IMG/VR virus record: IMGVR_UViG_3300042934_000594
Coordinates: 124,001 to 188,000 of that record
Reading direction: 5' to 3' (one strand)
DNA: 64,000 bases
Shown here: one piece after another, positions 52,441 to 62,725 of the stretch
How the letters are laid out: every line of letters begins with the position of its first letter
Numbering within the stretch: the stretch's first letter is position 1
The notes under the pieces: model-generated
What the model saw: the letters and a program-made list of their open reading frames with translations, nothing else
Databases searched by the model: none
Told to the model about the DNA's origin: nothing
Position numbers and translations under genes: made by a program

Positions 52441-53796
52441 TTAAGCCACACTCCAGCCTATGCCCGGTACGCGACCACAGCTTTGAACTGTGTAATAGTT
52501 GGTGACGTACGTACCGCCGTTACCGGTGCCGTTGCGTCCCTCGGTGAGTAAGCGATAGACCACGATGGTGCCGTACGGGTACGCGTTGAGGTCGGCGTAG
52601 ACTACACGAACGTTGGCCAGTGCTTGTGCGTTGCTGGTCCAGGTGCCGCCCATGTAAACCAGTTTGGTGGACACCCGTTTGAATTGAGCAAACATACTTG
52701 GCCAATCCCGCCAAGTGTTATCGCCCATCAACGAGTAGTTGCGGTTGCGTCCACCATTACCAATGCGGTTCAGGTCAAAGCGGTACGAGGCCACCTGCCC
52801 CGGATCCAGGTTGGTGCGAGCACTGCGGTACATGTCCGGGAACAGGACGCCTTCCAAGCGATACGACCCTACGGCGGTGGCATGCAGATCCAACAGCCGC
52901 CCGATCATCAGGTTGGCCTCACTGATCGAGTACGCCCCCAGCTGCGTGTAGTTCACGTTGTGCGGGTTGTTGCGTGCTTGTAAGTGAGCGTTGAGGTGCA
53001 CCTGCCAGTTGCCGGCCATGTGCTGCTGCGTACGCAGTGGCGTCATGTAAGCGGTGGTGATCGTTTCACCTAAGGCCCGGGCCTGTGTTTCAGTGGCCAC
53101 TGGGAAGTTCTGCAAGAACTCCAACCCCACCTGCTTCTTGGTGACCTGGTGATCGTTGTTGGTGTCGGCCAAGTGCGCCATAAAGCGCGCATGCACGTAG
53201 TCCAACGAGGCGTTCATGTCCACATAAGCGGCACTGACATCACGATCCAGCACCGCAAACGCTTCCTTACTCTTGTTCAGAATACGGGTGACGATACGCT
53301 GCAAGGGAACGACCCATTCATCAAAGTCGTACAGGTCCCAGATGCCGTGCAAATGTCCGTTGACAGGAAAGCGGTCAGGGCGTCCCGTGATGTTCTTGTA
53401 CCACACATTACGGGTGCTGTTGAGCACCCCCAGGGCCATCTGTTCAATGGCGCTGCTGAGCTGACAGAACTGACCCCCCACCATCTGCGCATCAATCAGC
53501 AGCTTGGGTTTGACCTTGGGATTGGTAATCACGATCAGGGCACAGGCTTCCTTGCCCGTGAGTTTGACCACCTCAGGGTTAAGGGCAGTGACTTGATAGT
53601 CGTCATGCAAATCCAGCAGACGTCCGGTGGACTCGCGCACTTCCAGCCCTTCGACGTAGAAGTGCCCTTTGTCCATCACGATGATGCGGTACGGATTGCC
53701 AGCCTGTTGGTTCAGGTCTTTGGCTTCTGCACGCGCTCGGTTGTTCACGCTGTCCCCTTGCGGGTCGAACGGTAAAGCATAGAGCAACGGGTTCAT
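52441..53796 (-). CDS. Tail fibre paralog
   Basis: LPFDPQGDSVNN N-terminal domain; HLADTNNDHQVTKKQVGL; HLQARNNPHNV; GTGNGG tip. Confidence 0.65.
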   Translation of the reverse strand: MNPLLYALPFDPQGDSVNNRARAEAKDLNQQAGNPYRIIVMDKGHFYVEGLEVRESTGRLLDLHDDYQVTALNPEVVKLTGKEACALIVITNPKVKPKLLIDAQMVGGQFCQLSSAIEQMALGVLNSTRNVWYKNITGRPDRFPVNGHLHGIWDLYDFDEWVVPLQRIVTRILNKSKEAFAVLDRDVSAAYVDMNASLDYVHARFMAHLADTNNDHQVTKKQVGLEFLQNFPVATETQARALGETITTAYMTPLRTQQHMAGNWQVHLNAHLQARNNPHNVNYTQLGAYSISEANLMIGRLLDLHATAVGSYRLEGVLFPDMYRSARTNLDPGQVASYRFDLNRIGNGGRNRNYSLMGDNTWRDWPSMFAQFKRVSTKLVYMGGTWTSNAQALANVRVVYADLNAYPYGTIVVYRLLTEGRNGTGNGGTYVTNYYTVQSCGRVPGIGWSVA

Positions 53797-53810
53797 GGAA
53801 AACCACCTTG

Positions 53811-55163
53811 TTAAATTTGGACCCACCCGCTACCCGTACGGTAAGCCGCACGTACGAGGGTGACGTTGTAGTAACCGCCACCGTTACCAGTGCCCGTCAG
53901 GTATTCTTCGTTGCAGCGGAACATGACAATCGACCCTACCGGGTAGGCGACCACGTTGGCGTACACCACCGAGATATTGGCCAGGGCTTGCTGTGCGTTG
54001 GACTGATCACCAATCCAGTACACCGTAGGCGGGTCATTGACGTCGAACTCGTTAAAGATCGAGCGCAGGGTGGTCCATTGCCCGTTACCCAGCAGCACGG
54101 TTTCCCATGAAGGCGTACCCCCGCCGAGCACCCACGGACTGAATACCCCGTTACCGAAGTTGGACACGTCCAGGTTGGCCCGCATGTCGTTGACCAATTC
54201 CTGAGGACTGGACCAACCGCCCGACCGATTCTGGAGCAGGTTGGCGTTATCCGCACGCCCATTCAACGGCAGCTTGTTTGCGATCATGCCGTTGATCTCG
54301 GCCTGCGAGTGCGTCCCGGCTTGACCGGGGGTCAGGCCATGTGGGTTGTCTTCTCGGGCTTTGTGGGCATTGAGAGGTTGCAGGGCCTGCACCCGGATGA
54401 CGTTCTTGGTCTGCGCTGCTGTGACGTAGGTGTCATTAGAGGTACCGGCCAAGGCCACGGCATCACTCGCCACCGGGAAGTTGGAGACGTTGCCCAGTTG
54501 CACGTGCGCGGCGTTGATTTTGTGCGGATTGTTTTTGTCATCGATGTGGCGCTTGAGCCGATCATCGAACCGTGCCACAAACGCATTGTGCAGTGCCTTG
54601 ACGTTATCGCGGTACGCCTGTAGGGCGCCTTGGTCACCCGTGGTCAGGGCCACGGCGATGCGCTCAAGCTCCAGGTTAAAAGGTTCAAACCCCATGCGCG
54701 TCCAACGCGCTTGGTTCAGTTCCCCGTCCACCCACTGTGGTCGCACCCCGATGTAGCCGCCCCACTCGGGCACTTTGCCGTTGAGGGTTTTAAGGTACGC
54801 CAACGTGTCTGCCAATTCAGTCAGACTGAATGCGTAGTCACCCCCCACCATCTGGGCAGTGATGTGCACACTGCCGGTCAGGCTTTGGTTCAGGATGACA
54901 ATGGCCCCCAGGATCTCTTCCCCCACCCGTGCCGACGCATCGGCGTAACCGTAGGTGGCGATGTAATCGACGTTGGGTGTCAACTCTTGAAAATTGCTGT
55001 CGGTGACAATCAAACCTTGCGTGTAAAAGCCACCGTTGTCCATCACGACCACGCAATAAGGCACGCCTTGGTAACGCAGCAGCAGTTGCTCTTCACCGGT
55101 GACCAGGTTGGTGCTACTGCGCCCGGTCAGGTCCACCGGGTATTTGGTCATTACTGAATTCAT
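53811..55163 (-). CDS. Tail fibre paralog
   Basis: YPVDLTGRSSTNLV N-terminal domain; HIDDKNNPHKINAAHVQL; HKAREDNPHGLT; GTGNGG tip. Confidence 0.65.
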   Translation of the reverse strand: MNSVMTKYPVDLTGRSSTNLVTGEEQLLLRYQGVPYCVVVMDNGGFYTQGLIVTDSNFQELTPNVDYIATYGYADASARVGEEILGAIVILNQSLTGSVHITAQMVGGDYAFSLTELADTLAYLKTLNGKVPEWGGYIGVRPQWVDGELNQARWTRMGFEPFNLELERIAVALTTGDQGALQAYRDNVKALHNAFVARFDDRLKRHIDDKNNPHKINAAHVQLGNVSNFPVASDAVALAGTSNDTYVTAAQTKNVIRVQALQPLNAHKAREDNPHGLTPGQAGTHSQAEINGMIANKLPLNGRADNANLLQNRSGGWSSPQELVNDMRANLDVSNFGNGVFSPWVLGGGTPSWETVLLGNGQWTTLRSIFNEFDVNDPPTVYWIGDQSNAQQALANISVVYANVVAYPVGSIVMFRCNEEYLTGTGNGGGYYNVTLVRAAYRTGSGWVQI

Positions 55164-55247
55164 GAAAAACTCCGTTGCAAGCTCGGTACCTCATAACTAG
55201 AACAGGTGTAGTGCTTTTAATAAGCCACTACACCTGTTCTGGCCAGA

Positions 55248-55571
55248 CTAGCTGTTGTTGAGGTCTTTGGTTGCGTCTTCGAAAGCTTGCGCCAGCGGGG
55301 CGTACAGTTTGTTCTCCAGTGTCTGTGCCACCCGTCGAGGTGTCATGTAACTGGAGTTGTTCACCCCGTCTTGGGCTTGCTGGAGAGTTGCCGGTGGCCA
55401 GTTCTGCACTTGGTCCAAACCGACCTGTAACGCATCGACTTCATGCGGGTTGTCCAGATCGGCTTCGTGTGCGTTCACACGGCCTACGAGGGTTTTGATC
55501 AGGGTCAGCAACGCACCATGGGCTTGCGCCAGGTACTGTTGCAGAACGATCAGCAGTGCTGGTAAGTTCAT
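55248..55571 (-). CDS. Short fibre-family protein
   Basis: 107 aa with one HEADLDNPHEVDALQVGLDQVQNWP module. Confidence 0.6.
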   Translation of the reverse strand: MNLPALLIVLQQYLAQAHGALLTLIKTLVGRVNAHEADLDNPHEVDALQVGLDQVQNWPPATLQQAQDGVNNSSYMTPRRVAQTLENKLYAPLAQAFEDATKDLNNS

Positions 55572-55583
55572 GGTCGCAGTCTC

Positions 55584-57698
55584 TTACACGTTCACAGGAA
55601 GCAGGGAGTTGTCAGGTGAATCACCCCAGAACATCACTTGGCGATTGGTCCCCAACGTCAGGGTAAAGTCCTTACCGCAGGCTAACGACTTGAGCGGCCC
55701 CAACTTGCGGTTGACTTCTTGTTGCCCTGCACTGTTGTCGCCGAAGAAGTAAGCTTCCCCGTCGCTGCCCAGTAGACCAAAGTGGTCGTACGCCCCACTG
55801 ATCTGTGTGAAGGTGGCAGGCCACCCAGCCGGCAACGCTTGTGACGCCAGTGTCACGGTGGTGCCCGCCACGTTGATCTTGTAGATCGCCACTTCGCCAC
55901 TTTCGAACAAGAACACCGCGTAGTCATTCCCCAACTGCACGTCCGAGATCACATTGCGGGTGGTGGTACCGGCCCACGCTGTAAACAAGGTGTTGATCGC
56001 ACTGACCCAGGAAGCGTTACCCAGTGGTTTGAACACCGCGTCGTCGTCTTCGTAGATCATCTTCTCCAAGCCCGCAGCAGCGTTGACCTGAAGCATCAGG
56101 GCCACCACGTCTGAGGCAATCACTTGCGTCATGGTGTTGGAATCCACCCACTTCATCAGTGCACCCGATTCCATCAGCGCGTAGTTACCTGCTTTGGAAG
56201 CGAACACGTGCGCGGTAGGTTTAGTTCCGTCGTACGAAACCCCTGCGCGATAGCCCAGCGGCGGTGCAATGGCAGCACTGCCGGCAGAGCCGATCGAGCC
56301 GTCAGGCAACACCCAGTAGCGCGCGTTCTCGCGGATGACAAACTTGTCCCACCCGGTACCGATCGACACCGGCATGTCTTTAAGACCTGCCGCCTGCGTG
56401 ATGGTGAACTTAAGCATCCCGTCCCCCACACCGTACCCGTCCCAACCTGCAATCAGCGCACTCGGCTTGAGCAGTTCTTTAGCCTGGATGTCCTGATTCG
56501 TGACGGGGTCTTCTGCCTTGACTTGACCGGCCTTGTTAGCCTCGTCCTGGTAGTAGGTACCCCAGGTTTCGAGCATGGTCTTGAAATCGGCAAACGCTGG
56601 CAACGAGGCACGCCATTCTTCTTCGGTTTGACCGGCGAAGCGAGGGGTGTCTGTAGCCGAGACATCCGTCAACAGCTCCCGGATCTGGGCTTCGGTCAAC
56701 GTACCGATTTGTGCAGGGGTGACGTCGTGTGGGTTGTCAAAGTCCAGCAGGTGCTTTTGCAAGTCCTGCTCGAGCTTGTCGATCCGACCCCCGTCCGATT
56801 GCGCCGACAACAGCACCGCGGCGGTGTAAGGCGTCAACAACACCGAGTTGTTGGTGATGTCAATGGCTTGCTCACGGGTCGCCACCGGCATGTTCGGGGT
56901 GAACTCCAACCCGATTTGCTTTTTAGTGACGTCGTGCGGGTTTTCTTTGTCGTCCAAGTGCGATTGCAGGGGCTTGAGCGCCTGTTCGCTGATGGCCAAC
57001 TTCACCCCACGTGGAGTGGCGTAACGGTCAGCAGCGGTACCCTGACGCATTTCATCGTCAGAGGCGATCCCGTAGTTCTGCACGAACTCCAGGCCGACTT
57101 GTTTCTTGGTAACCTTGTGCGGGTTGTTGAAGTCCGCCAAGTGATTGGCACTGGCCCCGGCAGCCGTGGCTTCCAGGATATCGGCCAACTCTTCAATCCC
57201 AGCCAGCAACTGCTTGCTACCCGTCAGGGTGTCCAGGGACTGATCGTGTTCCAACGGCGGGAAGGTCGCAGGCAATACATCAATCATGCCCCACGCCCGG
57301 ACCAGCGGGTTGTACTGCTTACTGGCCAACTCAGCCAGGATCGCACGGTCATTAAAACCCCAGTTACCGCCAATGGTGCGGTACTTGATCCCTACCTGTC
57401 CGGTGATGGTGCGTTTAAGCAGACGCACCGAACCGTACATCGGACGCCCAATACTCTTTTGAGCCTCGACGAACTGGTGACCCAGCACGTAGTCTTCGCC
57501 TTCTTTGAGCAGTGCGCCGGTGGCCTTGTTGGTCAGGGCAAAGTCGTCAACGAAAAAAGGTGCGGCATGCGGGATGAAGAAGTAGAAGTCGTCCGCACCC
57601 GGGGTCTGAAGGGTTTGTACTTCGTTCGGGATCAGGTTTTTGGGGTTGATCCCTTTCGGGTCAAACTCATATAGGCCCGTAGTGACAACGTTGGCCAT
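55584..57698 (-). CDS. Tail fibre protein with three NPH.VT repeats and an RCC1-like beta-propeller tip
   Basis: YEFDPKGINPKNLI N-terminal domain; C-terminal QISGAYDHFGLLGSDGEAYFFGDNSAGQ and LACGKDFTLTL..VMFWGD. Confidence 0.65.
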   Translation of the reverse strand: MANVVTTGLYEFDPKGINPKNLIPNEVQTLQTPGADDFYFFIPHAAPFFVDDFALTNKATGALLKEGEDYVLGHQFVEAQKSIGRPMYGSVRLLKRTITGQVGIKYRTIGGNWGFNDRAILAELASKQYNPLVRAWGMIDVLPATFPPLEHDQSLDTLTGSKQLLAGIEELADILEATAAGASANHLADFNNPHKVTKKQVGLEFVQNYGIASDDEMRQGTAADRYATPRGVKLAISEQALKPLQSHLDDKENPHDVTKKQIGLEFTPNMPVATREQAIDITNNSVLLTPYTAAVLLSAQSDGGRIDKLEQDLQKHLLDFDNPHDVTPAQIGTLTEAQIRELLTDVSATDTPRFAGQTEEEWRASLPAFADFKTMLETWGTYYQDEANKAGQVKAEDPVTNQDIQAKELLKPSALIAGWDGYGVGDGMLKFTITQAAGLKDMPVSIGTGWDKFVIRENARYWVLPDGSIGSAGSAAIAPPLGYRAGVSYDGTKPTAHVFASKAGNYALMESGALMKWVDSNTMTQVIASDVVALMLQVNAAAGLEKMIYEDDDAVFKPLGNASWVSAINTLFTAWAGTTTRNVISDVQLGNDYAVFLFESGEVAIYKINVAGTTVTLASQALPAGWPATFTQISGAYDHFGLLGSDGEAYFFGDNSAGQQEVNRKLGPLKSLACGKDFTLTLGTNRQVMFWGDSPDNSLLPVNV

Positions 57699-57793
57699 CG
57701 CGCCCTCCGTTAAAGCGCTTGAGCGCGCTTGTTAGCGTTAATGATGTGAATACACATAGGATTACCTAGCCTATCCCAATCGGAGCCTGCACA

Positions 57794-59038
57794 ATGTATC
57801 AATTGGTTAGCGCCAGATACCGGAAGGACCGGCGTGCCGGACGCTGGACTTCAGCTGATTTGAGCACTGCTTTGGTCACCACCTTGACCACGGTTTACGG
57901 CGATGTCTGGTTGTACATCGCATACCCGTCCCTCACTGAACCCAAAGCCTTGCGTTTTGACAAGGTGGCTGACATGGTGACCAACGTCACCCCCACCACC
58001 ACCGTCCAGCAGTGGTTGACTGCGCTGGGCAATCAATCGCTGCCCTTTGAAGAGAAGGTCCCTGACACCCGTACCCGTTACGTGACGTACGGCCATGCCT
58101 TTCATTTGGGTTACGACATCCAACCGCGTCCCCGCCTGGGGACCGTGCAGTCGAACCTGTCAAAGTTTGACATGGAGGACTTAAACGTTACCCACCCCCA
58201 GTTCACCCCCGAGTACATCAACGACTACGGGCTGTGGCAGGTCAATGGGTTGTTCCATAACAACGACTACGCCAAAGACGGTGTACGCATCGTCGACGGC
58301 AACACCACCATCCGGGGCGGTAACGATAACCAGGTGGGTGTGCTGTCGTTTGAGGCGGTGGGTAAGATCCAGCGCATTGCCATCACCCCAAATATGGTGG
58401 CGGCTCAAAACGCTGAAGCGGCGCTTAAGGACGGCGTTTACCTGACCTTGCCACCTGAGGTGGACATGACCAACAAGTCGGTGCTGTTGGTGGTAGCAGG
58501 TTACCTGCACGTGGCAGGACGGGCCTACAGTCGGGTCGGCGATCGGGTGTTTAAGGTCGAACTGCAAAACCTGATGCTGATGGAGCGGTTGATGCAGTTG
58601 CGTCCGTACTTGGAGCCTGGGCTATTGCCTTTGACCCAGTATGAAGGCAACACCTCGTTGACCGATGTGGCAGAGCTGCATTCAGATGCCTGTATCAAGG
58701 CCCTGTTGACGCTCAGTCAAACGTTCTTCGTGATTGTCGACTGCCCTACCTTCTTTCACGAACTCGAGCCTGTGGAGTACTCAGGGCTTCCTGGACGGTA
58801 CTTCAATTACAGCAAGACCAACGCCCCGTTGATGGGGGCGTACGGCCGCGCGTTGGATTACCACACCGTGCAAGAAGAAGCCGTGACAGTGTTGCACACC
58901 AGCGAGAACCTGCGCCATCACTACGACGCCAACCGACGTAAGTGGCGCACCAGTGCGGCAGTGGACAATGGGCGCTACCCGTCCAACCCATTTCGCCACA
59001 CCCACGCGTTCTTGCGTTTGATGGGTACCGAAGCCTGA
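57794..59038 (+). CDS. Conserved virion protein
   Basis: 414 aa, GGAG RBS, GLFH..DY..DG..IVDG motif; neighbour of SbcC as in phiKZ-like genomes. Confidence 0.55.
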   Translation: MYQLVSARYRKDRRAGRWTSADLSTALVTTLTTVYGDVWLYIAYPSLTEPKALRFDKVADMVTNVTPTTTVQQWLTALGNQSLPFEEKVPDTRTRYVTYGHAFHLGYDIQPRPRLGTVQSNLSKFDMEDLNVTHPQFTPEYINDYGLWQVNGLFHNNDYAKDGVRIVDGNTTIRGGNDNQVGVLSFEAVGKIQRIAITPNMVAAQNAEAALKDGVYLTLPPEVDMTNKSVLLVVAGYLHVAGRAYSRVGDRVFKVELQNLMLMERLMQLRPYLEPGLLPLTQYEGNTSLTDVAELHSDACIKALLTLSQTFFVIVDCPTFFHELEPVEYSGLPGRYFNYSKTNAPLMGAYGRALDYHTVQEEAVTVLHTSENLRHHYDANRRKWRTSAAVDNGRYPSNPFRHTHAFLRLMGTEA

Positions 59039-59079
59039 GACGGCATAAGCCCCTCCCACGACCGGGAGGGGCGCTATGC
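59039..59079. terminator. Bidirectional hairpin flanked by GACGGCATA and CTATGC
   Basis: GCCCCTCCC-ACGACC-GGGAGGGGC between convergent genes. Confidence 0.75.
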
Positions 59080-59082
59080 TGT

Positions 59083-61575
59083 TTACGCCAGCACCACATG
59101 CTGGTTGTATACGGACGGTACGGTGATGTTCGTCGGATCCAACACAAACACGTCCGCCTGGTTAAACGCCCCATGCATCGTTGAGTAGTGCGAGATGAAG
59201 AACACCTGCTTGACTTGCCCCAGTTCAATCAAGCGTGCCAGGAAAGGAATCAGGTTTTCCCGGTGTTGCTCATCAAAGGTACTGCCGAACTCATCCAAGT
59301 GCAGCGGGTAGTCTTCAAAGTGCAACGCTTTCATGAACGCTAGCTTGAAAGCAAAATTGACAATATCACGCTGGCTGCTAGAACCTTTAGCGATATCCGA
59401 AGCGACCACTGCACCGCCATTAACGTCCAGTGGGAAATTGTAATCGAGCTCATCTTTATCTACCTTGCCCGGTAGCACCTCCATGGGGTAAGTCCAAATT
59501 TCATCGATGGTGGAGTTAATCAACTTCACCAGCTCTTGAATAAAGCCCAACAGGTAACGGCCAATCAAACCGTCCTTAGGGCCTAGCGCTTTCACTAGCA
59601 GTCCCAGGTCTGCATGTTCCTGCACCGCTTGTTCGTGATCACGTTCCAACTCACGCAGGGTGTGTTCACGTTGCTCCATGTTGTTCAAACGCTGGGTCTG
59701 TTGCGCCAGGGCCAGTTGCGTCACGCGGGTCTCTTCTTCAAAAGCACGCTGCACCAGATAGTGCGTATGCTTTTGAAACGCTTTCCCGTACCGCTCGAAG
59801 TCTTCCAGCAAACCCTGTAGCTGCGTCTCGGTACGGATCAGCTGCTGCGCACTGGTCTGCAACTTTAGCGTATCACGTCGGTGGTCCAGTGCTTCATGCG
59901 TGCGTGTTTCAATGTTGGCTTCCAGGTCCGCTTGCAAGCGCTGTAAGTAGCCCGCCGCATCCTGGTCAATGGCTTCCACGTATTGCAACTTGTTACGCAG
60001 CACATCCGCCCGCGTCGCTGCCAGGTCCCGATCGATCTTGGCCTGCATGGCATCACGCCAGGCTACGGCCGCATTGAGCCAAGTGCGCGGGGTGCGGAAC
60101 ATGACCTTTTCAATGCCGCAATAGTTCCAGACGTCGGTAAACTGCGGGTAGTCATCGACCAGCGTACGAAACCGGTAAACAAAGGAGGCATACACATCGT
60201 ACTCCTCCAGCCACTCACCCAGCTTTTCGATCTGTTGCGTTAATGACTCCGTCAGCGTACCTAACCGCTCCAGCTCGCTTTCCAGCTTGCTGACTTCACT
60301 GACATCCACCCCTGGCTTAAAGGTGTGCGTGCAATGGGGACACACCACTTCGGCGCACCCCCTGAGGGTGGCCAGCCGTCTGGAGTATTGCGTGATGGTG
60401 TCTTCGACACCGCGCTGCTGCTGCTTGAGGCGTTGAAGCAGTTCTTTATTGTTGCGGGCATCGAGCGTGTTCATGCGCCCGTCTTCGTTTGCGGGGAAGG
60501 CTGAGAGCAAATCCATCCAGCGATTGAACACCCCTTCCAGGCGATGGTGTGGATCACCCGAGGTGTCCAGGGGTACCAGTGGGAACGGTCCTTGGTATTG
60601 TTGCACCTGCACGTCATGCTGCTGGGAGAGCTGCACGTATTCAGCCACCTGACTGCGCAGGGTCTGGATTTCCTCGGCCGACAAGTTCGCATCCTTACTG
60701 GGGGCTTGCTTGCGGGCCTTCTCCAGCTCCTCCACCATCTGCTCGATCACCGCGGTCATCGACCGGTGTTCGCTGTTGCGCTCGTGCATCTCAGCTTCGT
60801 AGCCGGCACGGCTGTTGATCTTGGCCTGAGTGTCCAAGGCGTAGTGCGACAACAGCAAGGCCTTACCGCTGCGGATCAAGTCCTCCAGCTGCTGGTACAC
60901 TTCCTGCTCATTACGAAAGCCTGGCGTGGCACCCTGCACTCGGTTCAAGAACAGGTCGTTAAGCTTGGTGGTCAGTTGCACCACTTCTTCACGCATCCGC
61001 CCCATTTCAGCATCGTCCGGCAGGTCATGGTTCTCATCGACCATGCGCTTGGTGCTGCGCCGGATCTGCCCCACGCAATCACGGTGCTCGGTGCTGACAG
61101 CCTGGAAGCGATCAAACACGTACGTCAGATCGACCGGGATCATGTGGGTGAGCCACTTACGCCGATCGGTGGTGGACATCCCAGTGAAGGTGGTGGCCCC
61201 CGTCAGGATGTCGTGGATCTTACGGTCCAGGCCAAACTCCTGGAAACACAACTCCGTCTGCACGGCGAACGTGAAGCCTTTGTTCAGGTTCTCCCCGTCT
61301 TTAATGAACTCGTGGTGCCCGCTGCCGCCGTCGTAGGTGGACTTAAGAACATAACTGGACCCCCGATGGGTCCACTTGGTGTGTTTGTACCCACCCTTGG
61401 TGAATTCACGGTGATGACCGGGCAGAGGCGTCAGCTGGTCCATGATCGAGGACTTGCCCGACCCGTTACTGCCGATGATCAGTTGCAACACCGCCTGCGG
61501 ACGGTACTCCACGTGTTGGAGGTTGGACTTCATCAGTCGCACAAACCCGTGCAGGATCAGCTCTTCAAGTTTCAT
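59083..61575 (-). CDS. sbcC: SbcC/Rad50-like ATPase (phiKZ gp165-like)
   Basis: Walker A GSNGSGKS, coiled coils with a CPHC zinc hook, signature GSSSQ, Walker B LHLDEFGSTFD, H-loop FISH. Confidence 0.9.
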   Translation of the reverse strand: MKLEELILHGFVRLMKSNLQHVEYRPQAVLQLIIGSNGSGKSSIMDQLTPLPGHHREFTKGGYKHTKWTHRGSSYVLKSTYDGGSGHHEFIKDGENLNKGFTFAVQTELCFQEFGLDRKIHDILTGATTFTGMSTTDRRKWLTHMIPVDLTYVFDRFQAVSTEHRDCVGQIRRSTKRMVDENHDLPDDAEMGRMREEVVQLTTKLNDLFLNRVQGATPGFRNEQEVYQQLEDLIRSGKALLLSHYALDTQAKINSRAGYEAEMHERNSEHRSMTAVIEQMVEELEKARKQAPSKDANLSAEEIQTLRSQVAEYVQLSQQHDVQVQQYQGPFPLVPLDTSGDPHHRLEGVFNRWMDLLSAFPANEDGRMNTLDARNNKELLQRLKQQQRGVEDTITQYSRRLATLRGCAEVVCPHCTHTFKPGVDVSEVSKLESELERLGTLTESLTQQIEKLGEWLEEYDVYASFVYRFRTLVDDYPQFTDVWNYCGIEKVMFRTPRTWLNAAVAWRDAMQAKIDRDLAATRADVLRNKLQYVEAIDQDAAGYLQRLQADLEANIETRTHEALDHRRDTLKLQTSAQQLIRTETQLQGLLEDFERYGKAFQKHTHYLVQRAFEEETRVTQLALAQQTQRLNNMEQREHTLRELERDHEQAVQEHADLGLLVKALGPKDGLIGRYLLGFIQELVKLINSTIDEIWTYPMEVLPGKVDKDELDYNFPLDVNGGAVVASDIAKGSSSQRDIVNFAFKLAFMKALHFEDYPLHLDEFGSTFDEQHRENLIPFLARLIELGQVKQVFFISHYSTMHGAFNQADVFVLDPTNITVPSVYNQHVVLA

Positions 61576-61644
61576 GGTTTCCCCAAATCGGTGCAGCTAC
61601 TGTATAGGTAAAAACACGTCAGTGATTTCTTCAGCAGGTGCCCC

Positions 61645-62409
61645 ATGGCTTCGTCCTTTCAAAAGTACAGTATCGGCTACGTGGCTGAGAACAAAGCGCT
61701 GGGTTCCCGGCGTGTCAACTGCATTGCCGTTGAGAAGGCTTCGGCCATGGACGGTGAGGCTACCTTTAACCCCCTCCAGTCCACGCTCAAGGGTGTTGAC
61801 GCTGAAGGCACTGAGTATGAGGTCAAAGCCACTGAAGAGGCGTCACTGGACTGTGAGTGGCTTCCAGCGGGCAGTAACCGTGTTACGCCGCCTGACGTGC
61901 GCCGTGGTGAGTTGGTGGAGATCTACCGCCTGGCGGATACGGACCAGTACTACTGGCGCTGCATGGGCCTGCGCGACAACTTGCGGCAACTGGAAACCGT
62001 GATCTACGCATACAACGGTTCTCCAGCCGCCGGGGGTGGGATCAACTTCGCCAACTGCTACTACATCGAGATCTCCACTCACCAAGGGCACATCATTGTC
62101 GGCACCTCAAAGGCTAACGGTGAGCCTTTCCAATACACGGTGCAGATCAACACCAAGGAAGGGGCGGTGTCCATCACCGACGACATCGGTCACCTGGTCG
62201 AGATGGACTCCGGGGATCGGCGCATCCAACTGCTTAACCCCGATGCAACGATGGTCAAGCTGGAACGCAAGGTCCTGTCGTTCAATGCCGATGAGGCCAT
62301 CAACTTCACTTGCGGGGGCACGACCTTCTCGATGACGCCAAACTCCGTGTCGTGGAAGACGTCACTGTGGAAAGCCGTCGCTTCAGCAGTGAACTGGGTC
62401 AAGGGGTAA
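61645..62409 (+). CDS. Baseplate central spike (gpV/gp5/VgrG-like)
   Basis: OB-fold-like N-terminus (PPDVRRGELVEIY), beta-repeat C-terminus, immediately followed by a PAAR gene. Confidence 0.7.
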   Translation: MASSFQKYSIGYVAENKALGSRRVNCIAVEKASAMDGEATFNPLQSTLKGVDAEGTEYEVKATEEASLDCEWLPAGSNRVTPPDVRRGELVEIYRLADTDQYYWRCMGLRDNLRQLETVIYAYNGSPAAGGGINFANCYYIEISTHQGHIIVGTSKANGEPFQYTVQINTKEGAVSITDDIGHLVEMDSGDRRIQLLNPDATMVKLERKVLSFNADEAINFTCGGTTFSMTPNSVSWKTSLWKAVASAVNWVKG

Positions 62410-62412
62410 TGT

Positions 62413-62673
62413 ATGCCAGGAATCAGTTTGGTGGGGGTGGACACAGCCGGTGGGTTGATCACCGGGCAACTCAATACGCTCATGCAGGTGGACGGCAAGT
62501 TTGCATCGGTCGTCGGTGACGTGGTGGCACCTCACCCGGGCCACATTCGCCAAGTGATGCAGCAAGGCGCTCCGTGGTTCACCATTGACGGAATTCCGGT
62601 TTGCCATGCCGGGGATCAAGCCTCATGCGGCCACAGTGCCACCGGGCAGGCGTGGTTCGACATCAGTCCATGA
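62413..62673 (+). CDS. PAAR spike-tip protein
   Basis: ASVVGDVVAPHPGH, TIDGIPVCHAGDQASCGH with His/Cys Zn ligands. Confidence 0.85.
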   Translation: MPGISLVGVDTAGGLITGQLNTLMQVDGKFASVVGDVVAPHPGHIRQVMQQGAPWFTIDGIPVCHAGDQASCGHSATGQAWFDISP

Positions 62674-62676
62674 CAA

Positions 62677-62710
62677 CATACAGCCTCCCCGAAGGGAGGC
62701 TGCTATGCCG
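62677..62710. terminator. Bidirectional hairpin flanked by CATA and CTATGCCG
   Basis: CAGCCTCCC-CGAA-GGGAGGCTG. Confidence 0.7.
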
Positions 62711-62725
62711 CTACAGGGGCGAGGC

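Noticed and set aside
56124-57674. 516-aa antisense ORF, and similar ones at 1623-2957 and 60544-61611
   Set aside because: Each lies fully opposite a well-supported gene; expected in GC-rich coding DNA.
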